64,000 bases of DNA from Nitrospirota bacterium (GTDB lineage Bacteria > Nitrospirota > UBA9217), in assembly GCA_963790205.1 (NCBI GenBank), contig CAWBNQ010000008.1, forward strand, positions 32,001-96,000, read 5' to 3'. The stretch's first letter is position 1; each line of letters begins with the position of its first letter. A model generated the notes under the pieces. That model was not told the origin of the DNA. It made no database searches and was given only the letters and a program-made list of their open reading frames with translations. Position numbers and translations under genes: made by a program. Of this stretch, positions 10,961 through 22,971 are shown piece by piece.

Positions 10961-12154
10961 TCATGCGAGTTTGCCGGCCGCCTGTTCGATACGGTCCAAT
11001 CCCTTGATTATATTTTCCATAGAGGTGGCATACGAAAGCCGGATGTATGCGTCCGCTCCGAAGGCATCGCCGGAAACGAGCGCCACTTTTGCCTCTTCAA
11101 GCAGATAGGCGGCGAGGTCGGAAGAGTTCGCGATGCGCCTCCCGTTGACGCTCTTGCCGAAGAGCTGCGAAACCTTTGGAAAGGCGTAAAACGCGCCCAC
11201 GGGCATGAGACAGGACATGCCCTTTATCCTGTTCAGCCGGTCAACCATATATTTTCTTCGCTTGTCGAACTCGACGTTCATGGTCCGGATAAAGTCCTGG
11301 GGCCCCCGGAGCGCTTCGACGGCCGCCTTCTGCGAGATGGAAGCGGGATTCGACGTGCTCTGGCTCTGGATGTTGGCCATGGCCGTGATGACGTCCTTGG
11401 GGCCCGCGGCATAGCCGATGCGCCAGCCGGTCATGGCGTGCGACTTTGAAACGCCGTTCACCACGATCGTCAGGTCCTTGATCTCCCGCCCGAGCGAGGC
11501 AATGCTGAAATGCTTGAACCCGTCGTAGATGAGCTTTTCGTATATTTCATCGGAGATAACGTATATCTTGTGCCTGACGGCAATTGCCGCGATCTCTTCG
11601 AGCGTTTTTTTGTCGTATGCCAGGCCGGTGGGGTTGGAAGGGCTGTTGAGCACCAGCGCTTTCGTCTTTTTCGTGATGGCCTTTTCGAGCTTCTGAGCGG
11701 AAAGCTTGAATCCTTCTTCTTCCGTGGTCTCCACGATGACCGGTACCGCGTCGTTCAGAAGCACCTGATCGGGATAGGAAACCCAGTAGGGCGAGGGGAT
11801 GATCACCTCGTCGCCGGGATCGAACAGCGCCTCGGCAATATTATAGAGACTGTGTTTCGCTCCGCAGGAGATGAGTACCTGTGACTTTTCGTACTGAAGG
11901 CCGTTGTCTTTTTTAAACTTCTCGACGACCGCCTCTTTGAGCTCGTCCGTGCCTCCCGCCGGCGTATATTTCGTGAAGCCCGACTGGATCGCCTTGATGC
12001 CTGCTTGTTTTACGTTTTCCGGCGTGTCGAAATCAGGCTCGCCCACGCCGAAATCCACGACATCGATTCCCTGTGACTTCATGGCCTTGGCCTTCGCCGC
12101 CGTTGCGAGCGTCGGTGAAGGCTTGATCGCCATAGCTCTTTTCGCAATGCCCAT
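10961..12154 (-). CDS. aspC: Class I PLP-dependent aspartate aminotransferase
   Basis: GEPDF, SPSNPTG, SDEIY, SKSHAMTGWRIG. Confidence 0.9.
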   Translation of the reverse strand: MGIAKRAMAIKPSPTLATAAKAKAMKSQGIDVVDFGVGEPDFDTPENVKQAGIKAIQSGFTKYTPAGGTDELKEAVVEKFKKDNGLQYEKSQVLISCGAKHSLYNIAEALFDPGDEVIIPSPYWVSYPDQVLLNDAVPVIVETTEEEGFKLSAQKLEKAITKKTKALVLNSPSNPTGLAYDKKTLEEIAAIAVRHKIYVISDEIYEKLIYDGFKHFSIASLGREIKDLTIVVNGVSKSHAMTGWRIGYAAGPKDVITAMANIQSQSTSNPASISQKAAVEALRGPQDFIRTMNVEFDKRRKYMVDRLNRIKGMSCLMPVGAFYAFPKVSQLFGKSVNGRRIANSSDLAAYLLEEAKVALVSGDAFGADAYIRLSYATSMENIIKGLDRIEQAAGKLA

Positions 12155-12365
12155 GCTTTAAGAAAACCCTTTCCTTCTTCATAATGAGTGAAACGGATGC
12201 TAAAAAAATTTTTATCATATAAACTGAGCAAAGTCAAATAGTTTCTTCAATATTATCCGTATGCGACGGCAGGACGAGGCTCTGCCTGTCCCTTCTCGCG
12301 CAAGCGCCCTGACCATGTTGTTTATCGCTTGAAAAAACGGGCTAAATCAGGTAAAGTCTTTTTCC

Positions 12366-13589
12366 ATGACGAACGATACGAAAGCCGAAACCCCCGGCTG
12401 GCGCAGGGGCCTCACCCGGAACGTCGTTATCCTCGGATTTGTCAGTCTGCTGAACGACGGCGCATCGGAGATGATCTACCCGCTCCTGCCGGTGTTCCTC
12501 ACGGCCGTGCTCGGCGCCGGCCCCGCGGCGCTCGGGATCATCGAAGGCATTGCCGAGGCCACGGCTTCGCTGCTCAAGCTCTACTCGGGCTACCTCTCCG
12601 ACCGGGTGAAAAAACGCAAGGGCTGGATCGTCGCGGGCTATTCGATCTCGAACGTTATCAGGCCGCTCATCGCTTTCTCCACTTCATGGCTTCATGTGCT
12701 CGCGCTCCGGTTCTCGGACCGCGTGGGCAAGGGGCTTCGGACCTCGCCGCGCGACGCGATCATCGCGGACTCCACGCCCCCGGAGTTCCGGGGCAAGGCC
12801 TACGGATTTCACCGCGCCATGGACCACAGCGGGGCCATCGTGGGGCCGCTCGCCGCGACAGCGCTGCTTCTGGTCTATCACGACAACATCAAGACCATAT
12901 TTCTTCTCTCCTTCATTCCCGGCGTTTTCGCAGTGAGCATGCTTCTCTTCGGCCTTAAGGAAAAGCAGTCCGAGGGCCGGCGCGCTGCGCCGGGAACGTT
13001 CAATTTCAGGGCCGCCTGGGCGGAGATGTCCACAGGCTTTCGCAAATACCTCGGGATCATCCTCGTGTTCACGCTCGGGAACTCGACGGACGCATTCCTG
13101 CTCCTTCGGGCACAAAAGCTGGGCGTGGCCGTGACGCTCCTGCCCACGATCTGGGTCGTGCTTCATATCGTCAAGATGGGTTTCTCGGTACCGGGAGGCA
13201 TCATTTCCGACCGCATCGGCAGGAAAAAGGTGATCGTCGCCGGGTGGATCGTGTACGCGCTCGTGTACGCGGGTTTCGGCGCGGCCAGCCAGCGCTGGCA
13301 TGCATGGGCGCTGTTTGCGGTATATGGCGTTTATTTCGGATTGACCGAAGGTGTGGAAAAAGCGCTGGTTGCCGACTTCGCACCCGCGCATCTGCGCGGC
13401 TCGGCCTTCGGGCTCTATCACCTGGTCATCGGTGCCGGCGCGCTTCCCGCATCTCTGCTCTTCGGGTTAGTGTGGCAGAAACTCGGCCCCGCCGTCGCCT
13501 TCGACATGGGCGCGGTGCTGGCGCTTTTGGCAAGCGTGATGCTGTCGGCGCTTACGATCAAGAGACCGGATGCCGCAAACAACAACTGA
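12366..13589 (+). CDS. MFS transporter
   Basis: About 12 TM helices, GYLSDR and GIISDRIGRK motif A. Confidence 0.9.
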   Translation: MTNDTKAETPGWRRGLTRNVVILGFVSLLNDGASEMIYPLLPVFLTAVLGAGPAALGIIEGIAEATASLLKLYSGYLSDRVKKRKGWIVAGYSISNVIRPLIAFSTSWLHVLALRFSDRVGKGLRTSPRDAIIADSTPPEFRGKAYGFHRAMDHSGAIVGPLAATALLLVYHDNIKTIFLLSFIPGVFAVSMLLFGLKEKQSEGRRAAPGTFNFRAAWAEMSTGFRKYLGIILVFTLGNSTDAFLLLRAQKLGVAVTLLPTIWVVLHIVKMGFSVPGGIISDRIGRKKVIVAGWIVYALVYAGFGAASQRWHAWALFAVYGVYFGLTEGVEKALVADFAPAHLRGSAFGLYHLVIGAGALPASLLFGLVWQKLGPAVAFDMGAVLALLASVMLSALTIKRPDAANNN

Positions 13590-13632
13590 AAGAAGTTCTT
13601 CGTATGGCCGCAGAGGGCGTGGAGAGGCCCCC

Positions 13633-13663
13633 AAGGCGGTATCTTGAGAGGTCCGCTTTTTTT
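13633..13663 (+). terminator. Putative intrinsic terminator after the MFS gene
   Basis: AGGCGG...CCGCTT stem followed by a T run. Confidence 0.5.
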
Positions 13664-13875
13664 GGGTAGTTGCGTGAAATGACTTTTAGTCCCGCATTGT
13701 TTGTGCTACTATGTCCCGACGGGAAAAGACCGGCCACCCCCGCTCTGCCGAAGCTATCCACGCGTTTTTCGTCGCGTTCTGCCCCAACGCATGTTTTGGA
13801 AAGGCATCGACGGTGGTTTGATCTTGTTCGCCGCAAAGCCACGAAAGGTGTTTTTATCATGAAGGTTATAACACT

Positions 13876-14433
13876 ATGCTGACAGTATTCAGAATCGTTA
13901 TTTTCATTGTTGCATCGGCCGGCCCTATCCGCGTTTCACGCGTGCCACTGCGCAGTTATCGTGTGCACGGCTTCTACCGGTTCTTTGCATGGGAAGCCGT
14001 TTTAGCGCTTTTCCTGCTGAATCTCGACTATCGGGCTTATCAACCGTTCAGTGTGCATCACTCCCTCGCTATGGTGTGTCTGGGCATTTCCCTGTTCCTG
14101 GCGGTCCATGGGTTTCAGGTGTTGCGAAAGGTGGGCAGGCTCGATAAACAACGGAACGATCCCACCCTGCTCTGGGTCGAGAAAACGACCGTTCTCGTTA
14201 CGGTAGGGGCATATAAATTCATCCGGCATCCGCTTTACTGCTCATTTATTCTTTTGACGTGGAGCACGTTTCTGGTCGTGCCGTCCTGGCTGGGCGGTTC
14301 GCTGGCCCTGCTGGCCACGCTCTGTCTCATTGTGGCCGCCAAGGTTGAAGAACGGGAGAATATTCATTTCTTCGGTGATGCATACCGGGACTATATGAAG
14401 CGCACAAAGATGTTCATTCCCTTTGCGATCTGA
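13876..14433 (+). CDS. Isoprenylcysteine carboxylmethyltransferase/PEMT family membrane protein
   Basis: LVTVGAYKFIRHPLY, EE, FGDAYRDY, FIP motifs. Confidence 0.88.
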   Translation: MLTVFRIVIFIVASAGPIRVSRVPLRSYRVHGFYRFFAWEAVLALFLLNLDYRAYQPFSVHHSLAMVCLGISLFLAVHGFQVLRKVGRLDKQRNDPTLLWVEKTTVLVTVGAYKFIRHPLYCSFILLTWSTFLVVPSWLGGSLALLATLCLIVAAKVEERENIHFFGDAYRDYMKRTKMFIPFAI

Positions 14434-14678
14434 TCAGCGTAACCGGTTTCGATTTCAGTAAGCCGCGGGTCCATCTTCTGATAGAATGTATGCGCCGCGC
14501 TTGCTTCGGTCCACACCGGTACATTCAGCTCAGGGCGCAATAACAAGGGTGGTTTTCGAACGTATTATCCTTTTTGCGCACTTCGCGCTTGAGCGGTTTT
14601 AACTTGCCGGGTTCCCAGGTGTTCGGGCGGGGAAATAATCCTTCCTGATCTGCACAGATCAACGAAAGAGGCGCACCC

Positions 14679-15278
14679 ATGTCAACCTATACCGTAGCTA
14701 TCAGCGGGGCCTCCGGAGCGCCGTATGCCCTCCGGCTGCTCCAGGTGCTCGTCAAGGGCGGGCACTCCATTTATCTTTCAATCTCCGGCGACGGGCTTTC
14801 GATCCTCAAGGACGAGACGGGGCTCAAGCTCAAGGGACCGGAGTCTGAGATCCGGTCCGCACTGGAGAAGCACCTGAAAGCCAAGAAAGGGCAGATCAAT
14901 TATTTCGATGAGAACAACATGTATGCGCCGATCGCGAGCGGTTCGGTGAAAGTGGACGCCATGATCGTGATACCCTGCTCCATGAAGACGCTGGCTGCCA
15001 TTGCCCAGGGCTACGCCTCGACCCTCATCGAACGGGCCGCCGACGTGACGCTCAAGGAAAGGCGGAAACTCATCATCGTGCCGCGCGAAACGCCGCTCTC
15101 GGCCATCCATTTGAGGAATATGCTGACACTCACAGAACTCGGGTGCCACATCATTCCGGCGATGCCTGCATTCTATCAGCACCCGAAACACGTTTCGGAC
15201 ATGGTTGATTTTATCGTCGGAAGGGCGCTTGACAGCATGGGGGTCGAGAACGAGCTGTCGCCGCGGTGGGGAATCTAA
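14679..15278 (+). CDS. ubiX: Flavin prenyltransferase UbiX
   Basis: SGASG, IASGS, PCSMKTL, RAADVTLKERR, PRETP, PAFY. Confidence 0.94.
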   Translation: MSTYTVAISGASGAPYALRLLQVLVKGGHSIYLSISGDGLSILKDETGLKLKGPESEIRSALEKHLKAKKGQINYFDENNMYAPIASGSVKVDAMIVIPCSMKTLAAIAQGYASTLIERAADVTLKERRKLIIVPRETPLSAIHLRNMLTLTELGCHIIPAMPAFYQHPKHVSDMVDFIVGRALDSMGVENELSPRWGI

Positions 15279-15424
15279 TACGGATTCCAAATTCCAGGCG
15301 CCAAATCCCAACTACTCTATCGAATATCCGAAATATCGATGGCCGAAACTGTTTGGGGTTTGGTGATTTGGAAATCGGCGGTTATTGAGGATTTGTTATT
15401 TGGAGCTTGAGATTTGCGGGGTTT

Positions 15425-15892
15425 CTAAGCGTTGTATTCGGTCCCGCCGCCCTCGCCGAGATTTTTCATCCAGGTGTCGATGGTCGAGGCGTCCTGCTTC
15501 GCCAGGACCTCTTCCGCCACGAACACGGGAGCCCCGATCCGGACCGCGACCGCGATGGCGTCGCTCGGGCGTGAATCGATGTGAAACTCCTTGCTGTTGT
15601 GGAGGAGGTAGAGCGAGGCGTAGAACGTATTTTCGATGAGGTCGCTGATTACCACCCGGGCGATCTCGATCTCGAGGCGGTCGAAGATATTGACGATTAG
15701 ATCATGGGTGAACGGGCGTTCCGGTTTGACGTTACCGATGGCCATGGCGATGGAATTCCCTTCCGCGGCGCCGATCCAGATAGGCAGGACCTTCTTTCCT
15801 GTTTCGTCCTTCAGCACGACGATGTAACTGCTGTTCCTGCTGTCGAACAGGATGGTATTCACATTCATCTGAACCCACATACCTGTATCCAC
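15425..15892 (-). CDS. Bifunctional nuclease family protein (DUF151)
   Basis: LPIWIG, RPFTHDL, IDSRPSDAIA. Confidence 0.92.
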   Translation of the reverse strand: MDTGMWVQMNVNTILFDSRNSSYIVVLKDETGKKVLPIWIGAAEGNSIAMAIGNVKPERPFTHDLIVNIFDRLEIEIARVVISDLIENTFYASLYLLHNSKEFHIDSRPSDAIAVAVRIGAPVFVAEEVLAKQDASTIDTWMKNLGEGGGTEYNA

Positions 15893-15943
15893 CTTTAGTT
15901 AAAAGATACCACACCGCATGCGTCAAGTAAAGGGATTATTTTA

Positions 15944-15971
15944 TTGACTTTTTTCGAAGATACGATATACT
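15944..15971 (+). promoter_or_regulatory. Sigma70-type promoter of argS
   Basis: TTGACT-16-TATACT upstream of ATG 16010. Confidence 0.55.
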
Positions 15972-16009
15972 TTCTCACTTGTAAACCGCGAGGAAATGCC
16001 GATCATCTC

Positions 16010-17686
16010 ATGAAACAAACAGTAACCGAAATCCTGCTTCGGGCCCTCGCGCGGGCCAAAGAAAAAGGCGAACTGAAACTCGAAGCGCAGCCGTCCATTA
16101 CGCTCGACACCCCGCGGGACAAGGGCCACGGAGACCTCGCGACCACGCTCGCCCTGACCCTGGCCAAGCCGGAGTCCAAACCCCCGCGGCAGATAGCCGA
16201 GATCCTCGTCGGCAATATCGAAGACCGCGACGGGATCCTCGAAAAGACCGAGATCGCGGGACCGGGTTTTATCAACTTCAGCTTCAGGCAGGACCGCTGG
16301 AAGCAAACGCTCTTTGATATAGAGGCCGAGGGGTCGCGGTACGGCCTTGCGGACATCGGCAAAGGAGAGAAGGTGCTCGTCGAGTTCGTGAGCGCCAATC
16401 CCACGGGGCCCCTTCACGTGGGCCACGGCAGGGGAGCTGCGGTCGGCGACGCGCTCGCGAACCTGCTTGCGGCCGTCGGGTTCGACGTGACGCGCGAGTT
16501 CTACATCAACGACGCCGGGCGGCAGATAAAACTTCTCGGCGATTCGGTATTTGCACGTTATCAGCAAACATTGGGCAATACTGTCCAGTTCCCCGAGGAT
16601 GGCTACCATGGTGATTACATAAATGAGATCGCCCAAGGGCTCATAGGTAAATACGGAAACAAATTTTTAAACAAATCGTTGGACCAGTTAGAGATTAACG
16701 ATCGAAATGAGATTGTCTCCTATTGCACAGAAGTCATGCTTGCTGACATAAGAACAGATCTTGAAGCTTTTGGAGTGAAGTTCGACAACTGGTTTAGCGA
16801 GAAGACCCTGCTTTTTGACAATTCCATTCATCAGTCTTTGGCAGATTTGAAGGAAAGTAGAAATCTTTACGAGCAGGATGGCGCTCTTTGGCTTCGTTCT
16901 ACAATATTTGGAGATGATAAAGACCGCGTCATAAAGAAAAAAGACGGCAGTTATACGTATTTAGCATCAGACATTGCTTATCATCGCAACAAGTTGGCGC
17001 GCGGGTTCAAGACGCTCGTCAACATCTGGGGCGCCGACCACCATGGGTACATACCGCGGGTGCAGGCCGTGATCCAGGCTTTCGGCTATCCCAAGGATTC
17101 GCTGCATGTACTGCTCGTGCAGCTCGTGGCAATCCTCCGTCACGGCCAGCCGGTGCCCATGTCAAAACGGGCCGGTAACTTTGTGACGCTTCGGGATGTG
17201 GTCCAGGACGTGGGCGCAGATGCCGCGCGCTTTATATTTTTGACGCGCCGCTCCGACAGCCACCTGGACTTCGACCTCGACATAGCCAAGGAGCAGTCCC
17301 GGGAAAATCCGGTGTATTACGTCCAGTATGCCCACGCGAGGCTTGCGAGTCTGATGCGCGAAGCTGAATCGAGGGGCATCGCCGTGCCGGGGAAAGATAC
17401 CGTGAACGTATCGGTGCTCGACCTTGAGGACGAGCAGAACATCATCAAGGCGCTTGCGAAATATCCCGAGGTCGTCGAAGATGCGGCCCTGGCCTATGAG
17501 CCCCACCGGCTGACGTACTATCTGCAGGACCTGGCCGGCCTGCTGCATAACTACTATTTCAAGCACCGGGTGATCACCGAGGACGCGGCCAGGACGGCCG
17601 CCAAGCTCTTTCTCATGAAACAGGTGAAGACCGTCATCCGGAGCGCGCTTACAATATTGGGCGTGAACGCGCCGGAACGGATGTAG
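16010..17686 (+). CDS. argS: Arginine--tRNA ligase
   Basis: EFVSANPTGPLHVGHGR (HIGH), WGADH, MSKRAG, YVQYAHAR, C-terminal PERM. Confidence 0.97.
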   Translation: MKQTVTEILLRALARAKEKGELKLEAQPSITLDTPRDKGHGDLATTLALTLAKPESKPPRQIAEILVGNIEDRDGILEKTEIAGPGFINFSFRQDRWKQTLFDIEAEGSRYGLADIGKGEKVLVEFVSANPTGPLHVGHGRGAAVGDALANLLAAVGFDVTREFYINDAGRQIKLLGDSVFARYQQTLGNTVQFPEDGYHGDYINEIAQGLIGKYGNKFLNKSLDQLEINDRNEIVSYCTEVMLADIRTDLEAFGVKFDNWFSEKTLLFDNSIHQSLADLKESRNLYEQDGALWLRSTIFGDDKDRVIKKKDGSYTYLASDIAYHRNKLARGFKTLVNIWGADHHGYIPRVQAVIQAFGYPKDSLHVLLVQLVAILRHGQPVPMSKRAGNFVTLRDVVQDVGADAARFIFLTRRSDSHLDFDLDIAKEQSRENPVYYVQYAHARLASLMREAESRGIAVPGKDTVNVSVLDLEDEQNIIKALAKYPEVVEDAALAYEPHRLTYYLQDLAGLLHNYYFKHRVITEDAARTAAKLFLMKQVKTVIRSALTILGVNAPERM

Positions 17687-17816
17687 AATTGAGAACTGTA
17701 TATAATTAAGCCGCAAAGATGCGCAAGATGCACAAGAAAATATTATCGGGAATTGTTTCATTTTGCGGCTTTTGAGCTTTTTTGCGGCAGACTTGTTTTA
17801 CTGTTTTTGTTTTTAA

Positions 17817-18969
<1,153 letters not shown>

Positions 18970-19054
18970 TCCAAGAAGCATGAGGATTTCTGAAAAATCC
19001 CGCATCGTGCATCCTGTATCGTGTGTCGTATATATATTTTAAGGAGGTCACACA

Positions 19055-19393
19055 ATGTTTATCGCAACAGCATATGCTATGGGAGCGCCGGGCGGCGCGG
19101 CGGCGCAGGGTGGAGGCGGCGGCGCATCGGGTCTCATCATGATGGTCGTGATCTTCGCGATCTTCTACTTCATCCTCATCCGGCCTCAGCAGAAAAAAAT
19201 GAAGGAACACAAAAAGCTGGTGGAAGAGCTCAAAAAGGGCGACGAGATCGTCACCGCCGGCGGCATGTACGGCACGGTCGAGGGCCTGACCCCCGATACG
19301 CTGACCGTCAAGATTGCCGAGGGTACGAAGGTGAAGATAACCCGCAGCTCGGTTGCGGGCGTTGTTACGGAAAAAGGCCAGGTGAAAGAATAG
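19055..19393 (+). CDS. yajC: Preprotein translocase subunit YajC
   Basis: FYFILIRPQQK, GDEIVTAGG; AAGGAGG SD; tgt-yajC-secDF order. Confidence 0.96.
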   Translation: MFIATAYAMGAPGGAAAQGGGGGASGLIMMVVIFAIFYFILIRPQQKKMKEHKKLVEELKKGDEIVTAGGMYGTVEGLTPDTLTVKIAEGTKVKITRSSVAGVVTEKGQVKE

Positions 19394-19489
19394 CAATATT
19401 ATGTTCACCACGAAGGCACTCAGACGCTCAGTTTTGCTTCGTGCCTTTGCGGATAAATAATGAAGATTTCAGCAGGAGGCGAATCGATT

Positions 19490-21064
19490 ATGAAAAAGAG
19501 CATCCAATGGAGAGTGGGGCTCATAGCACTCTCGGTCGTGGTAGCGCTGTTTTTGTTCCTGCCGTCCACCCCGCTTACGGCAAAATTGCCGGAGTGGTGG
19601 CACCAGAGCGTGCCCAGGATTTCGCTTGGGCTCGACTTGAGGGGCGGCAGCCATATTGTGATGCAGGTGGAGACCGACAAGGCGGTTGAGTCCTCGGTGG
19701 ACAATATCGTGGCGGACCTCCAGACCACGGCATCGCAGCAACAGCTTGCAGTGACCTTCACCAGAACGGGCCAGGACGTCACGGCAAAATTCGCAGAGCC
19801 GCTCGAAGAAAAGGCGGACAAGCTTGTCAAGGACACCTATGCAATACTGGATTCCAAGTCCAGTGCCCCGGGAGAGCTTGTGTACAGCCTCAAGCCCGCC
19901 GAGGTCAGACGGATCAAGGAATGGGCCGTGCAGCAGGCGCTCGAACGGACCCGGCGGAGGGTGGACAAGTACGGCGTCGCCGAACCGGCCATCTACAAGC
20001 AGGCGCAGGACCAGATCGCGCTCCAGCTGCCCGGCGTAAAGAACCCGCAGGAGGCCATCGCGTTCATCGAGACCGCGGGACGGCTCGAGTTCAAGCTCGT
20101 TGACACCGATCCCGGCGACTTCCAGAAGGCCACTGCCGGCAAGGCGCCGGCGGGCACCGAGCTCCTCTACGAAGAGCGCGAAGACGAGATGGGCAAGATC
20201 GCAAAACAGCCGGTGTTGGTGTACAGCAAAACACTTCTGACCGGAGACCGCCTGAAGGACGCAAAAGTGGGGATAGACCAGTACAATAAACCCGATGTAA
20301 ACATCTCGTTCGACGGCGAGGGCGCCAAGATATTCGACCGGATCACCGCGGAGAACGTGGGCAAACAGCTCGCCATCATCCTCGACGGGACGGTCCATTC
20401 AGCCCCGAGGATCCAGGACCGGATCAGCGGCGGCAATGCCGAGATCACCGGCAACTTTACGCACGACGAGGCGGCGAAGCTTGCGATCGTGCTGCGTGAA
20501 TCGCTCCCGGCGCCCGTCAAGATCATTCAGAACATAACCGTAGGTCCGTCGCTCGGCCAGGACTCCATCAACGCGGGTGTCCATTCCGCGTTGATCGGCG
20601 GCCTGATCGTGATCATCTTCATGGTCATTTACTACCGGTTGTCCGGACTCATCGCGGACTACGCCATCGTTGTGAACCTCATTCTGCTGCTTGGGGCCAT
20701 GGCGCTTCTGAACGCCACGCTCACCCTGCCGGGCATCGCGGGCATCATTCTCACCATCGGTATGGGCGTCGACTCGAACGTGCTCATGTTCGAGCGCATC
20801 CGCGAAGAGATCCGCGCGGGCAAGCAGCCGCGGCCCGCGGTGGACGCGGGCTACGACAAGGCGTTCCTTACGATCCTCGATTCGCACGTGACGACGCTTA
20901 TTACGGCCGCCGTGCTCTTCATGTTCGGTACGGGACCGATCAAGGGTTTTGCCGTTTCGCTCAGCCTGGGCATCATCATCAACCTGTATTCCGCCCTGGT
21001 CGGTACCAAGGTGATATTCGATATCATCAACTCAAAATGGAAACTGGAGAAATTGAGTATCTAA
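19490..21064 (+). CDS. secD: Protein translocase subunit SecD
   Basis: LGLDLRGG, GVAEP, VGPSLG, TLPGIAG, DSNV, GPIKGFA. Confidence 0.97.
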   Translation: MKKSIQWRVGLIALSVVVALFLFLPSTPLTAKLPEWWHQSVPRISLGLDLRGGSHIVMQVETDKAVESSVDNIVADLQTTASQQQLAVTFTRTGQDVTAKFAEPLEEKADKLVKDTYAILDSKSSAPGELVYSLKPAEVRRIKEWAVQQALERTRRRVDKYGVAEPAIYKQAQDQIALQLPGVKNPQEAIAFIETAGRLEFKLVDTDPGDFQKATAGKAPAGTELLYEEREDEMGKIAKQPVLVYSKTLLTGDRLKDAKVGIDQYNKPDVNISFDGEGAKIFDRITAENVGKQLAIILDGTVHSAPRIQDRISGGNAEITGNFTHDEAAKLAIVLRESLPAPVKIIQNITVGPSLGQDSINAGVHSALIGGLIVIIFMVIYYRLSGLIADYAIVVNLILLLGAMALLNATLTLPGIAGIILTIGMGVDSNVLMFERIREEIRAGKQPRPAVDAGYDKAFLTILDSHVTTLITAAVLFMFGTGPIKGFAVSLSLGIIINLYSALVGTKVIFDIINSKWKLEKLSI

Positions 21065-21169
21065 ATACTTTTCACCACAGAGGACACAGAAAAAAATCCG
21101 GCTTAGCATTCAAGCTTCAAGATTTAACTCTGCGACCTGTGGTTAATGCGTGTTCTTTCGGAGGGGAAA

Positions 21170-22078
21170 ATGCTGCAAATATTGCATAAGACCAACATCG
21201 ATTTTATGGGGTGGAAGAACGTGTCCTTTACCTTCTCCGCCCTGCTTGTCATCCTCGGCATCGTGGGCCTGGTGCAGATCGGGCGGGGCAAGGCGAACCT
21301 CGGCATCGATTTCATCGGCGGCACCACGGTGCAGCTCAGCTTCAAGGAGCACATATCCGTCGACCAGGCACGAGCGGCGCTCGAGAAAAACGGTTTTCAG
21401 GGCGCCACGATCCAGGAAGTAGGCGAGGGCGGGAACAAGATCCTGATCAAAGTCCGGGAGTCGGAAGGCACATCCGATAAGATCCAGTCTTTGTTCAAGC
21501 AGGAGTTCCCGACCAATCCCTTCGAAGTGATCAGCATCACGGAAATCGGACCCGTGATCGGCCAGGCGCTCAAGCAGCAGTCTCTCTGGGCCATTACGAT
21601 CTCGATTATAGGGATCATCATCTATGTCGCTTTTCGGTTCCAGTTCAAGTTCGGCGTGGCCGCGGCCATCGCCACGATGCACGATATTTTGGCTGTGCTC
21701 GGCGTCTTCTACATTCTGCACAAGGAAATCAATCTCCTCGTCGTCACGGCGCTCCTGACACTCGCGGGCTACTCGCTCACCGACACCGTTGTGGTCTTCG
21801 ACCGGATCCGGGAGAACCTCAAACGCAGCAAGCGCGATGCCCTGCCCACGCTGGTGAACGCCAGCATCAACGAGGTGCTCTCGCGGACCATCATCACCTC
21901 GCTTACCGTGGTGCTTGTGCTCGTCCCCCTCGTGATCTTCGGCGGTGAAGTGCTGCACGATTTCTCGCTGGCGCTCCTGATGGGAGTGGTCGTCGGTACC
22001 TATTCCTCGGTCTTTGTGGCAAGCCCCATTCTGGTGGTATGGCATGCAAAATCCGGCGGCAGGCTGATCGGGAAATAA
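21170..22078 (+). CDS. secF: Protein translocase subunit SecF
   Basis: GIDFIGG, HD, GYSLTDTVVVFDRIRE, GTYSS. Confidence 0.97.
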   Translation: MLQILHKTNIDFMGWKNVSFTFSALLVILGIVGLVQIGRGKANLGIDFIGGTTVQLSFKEHISVDQARAALEKNGFQGATIQEVGEGGNKILIKVRESEGTSDKIQSLFKQEFPTNPFEVISITEIGPVIGQALKQQSLWAITISIIGIIIYVAFRFQFKFGVAAAIATMHDILAVLGVFYILHKEINLLVVTALLTLAGYSLTDTVVVFDRIRENLKRSKRDALPTLVNASINEVLSRTIITSLTVVLVLVPLVIFGGEVLHDFSLALLMGVVVGTYSSVFVASPILVVWHAKSGGRLIGK

Positions 22079-22191
22079 AAGGAGAAAATCCATTTTTTAC
22101 CGCAGAGGACGCAGAGTCAGGGATCCAGGATTTGGCGCTCTCTGCGGTAAATTCTATTCTTCAATGATTCTGTCCCGTTTTTTAACCGAGA

Positions 22192-22878
22192 ATGTCCAAC
22201 CAATCACGATCATCCCTTAAGGTCGGCGGCGTCGATGCCGCGGTGCTGTCGGAATCCGACCTGCTGCAGCTTGCCTGCGGCAGCGCGGGTTGCAGCGCCA
22301 ACTGCTGCACGAAAAGCGCCCCGATCATCCTCAATCCCTACGAGATCGCGCTCATCTGCCATGAGAGCGGCATGAGCTACGAAGACCTGCTCGATATCGT
22401 TGAAACGGGCCGGGCGAAGGCCTTCCCGCTTGTGATGCTCCCGCGCGATCCCGCCTGTTATTTCTGGAGCGCGCGTGGCTGCAGCATTTATCAAGCCAGG
22501 CCCCTCGCATGCAGGCTGTACCCGCTCGGCAGGGTGTTCGACCACGGGCAATCGCATATCGTTCAACCCGAACTGAATGTCTGCGCCGGCCTTGCTCCAG
22601 CACCGGCAGGGACCGTCGCTGATTACCTCGCAGGCCAGGACGTAGACCTGCAGATCCGCATGGCTGACCGCTGGATCGAATTCGTGTCCGACATCGAGCA
22701 ACTGCCGCTGCCTGACGCTCCGGTCACCTCGATAGCCTTCCATATGCTCGTGTACAGCCCCGACACTCCGCCCGCCCTGGGGCAGACCGGTTCGGGGTTA
22801 TCTTCCGAAGACAGCTTCATTTTGCGGCTAATAACTGCCGGGGAACAGCTGCCCCGGTTACTGGCGCAGACCAGATGA
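22192..22878 (+). CDS. YkgJ family (CxxCxxCC) cysteine-cluster protein
   Basis: C...CSANCC, C, CSIYQARPLACRLYP. Confidence 0.85.
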   Translation: MSNQSRSSLKVGGVDAAVLSESDLLQLACGSAGCSANCCTKSAPIILNPYEIALICHESGMSYEDLLDIVETGRAKAFPLVMLPRDPACYFWSARGCSIYQARPLACRLYPLGRVFDHGQSHIVQPELNVCAGLAPAPAGTVADYLAGQDVDLQIRMADRWIEFVSDIEQLPLPDAPVTSIAFHMLVYSPDTPPALGQTGSGLSSEDSFILRLITAGEQLPRLLAQTR

Positions 22879-22971
22879 TATATTTGTTGTCTGCCCACAG
22901 GAAGGTATCGCCAGCCGGCCGGAGTATCGGAAAGTCGTAATGGACATCGGGCCCCTGTTCAGGAGGAACCT

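Noticed and set aside
22876..22920. Selenocysteine read-through fusing YkgJ and NUDIX genes
   Set aside because: The UGA is not at a conserved Cys position and no convincing SECIS hairpin follows
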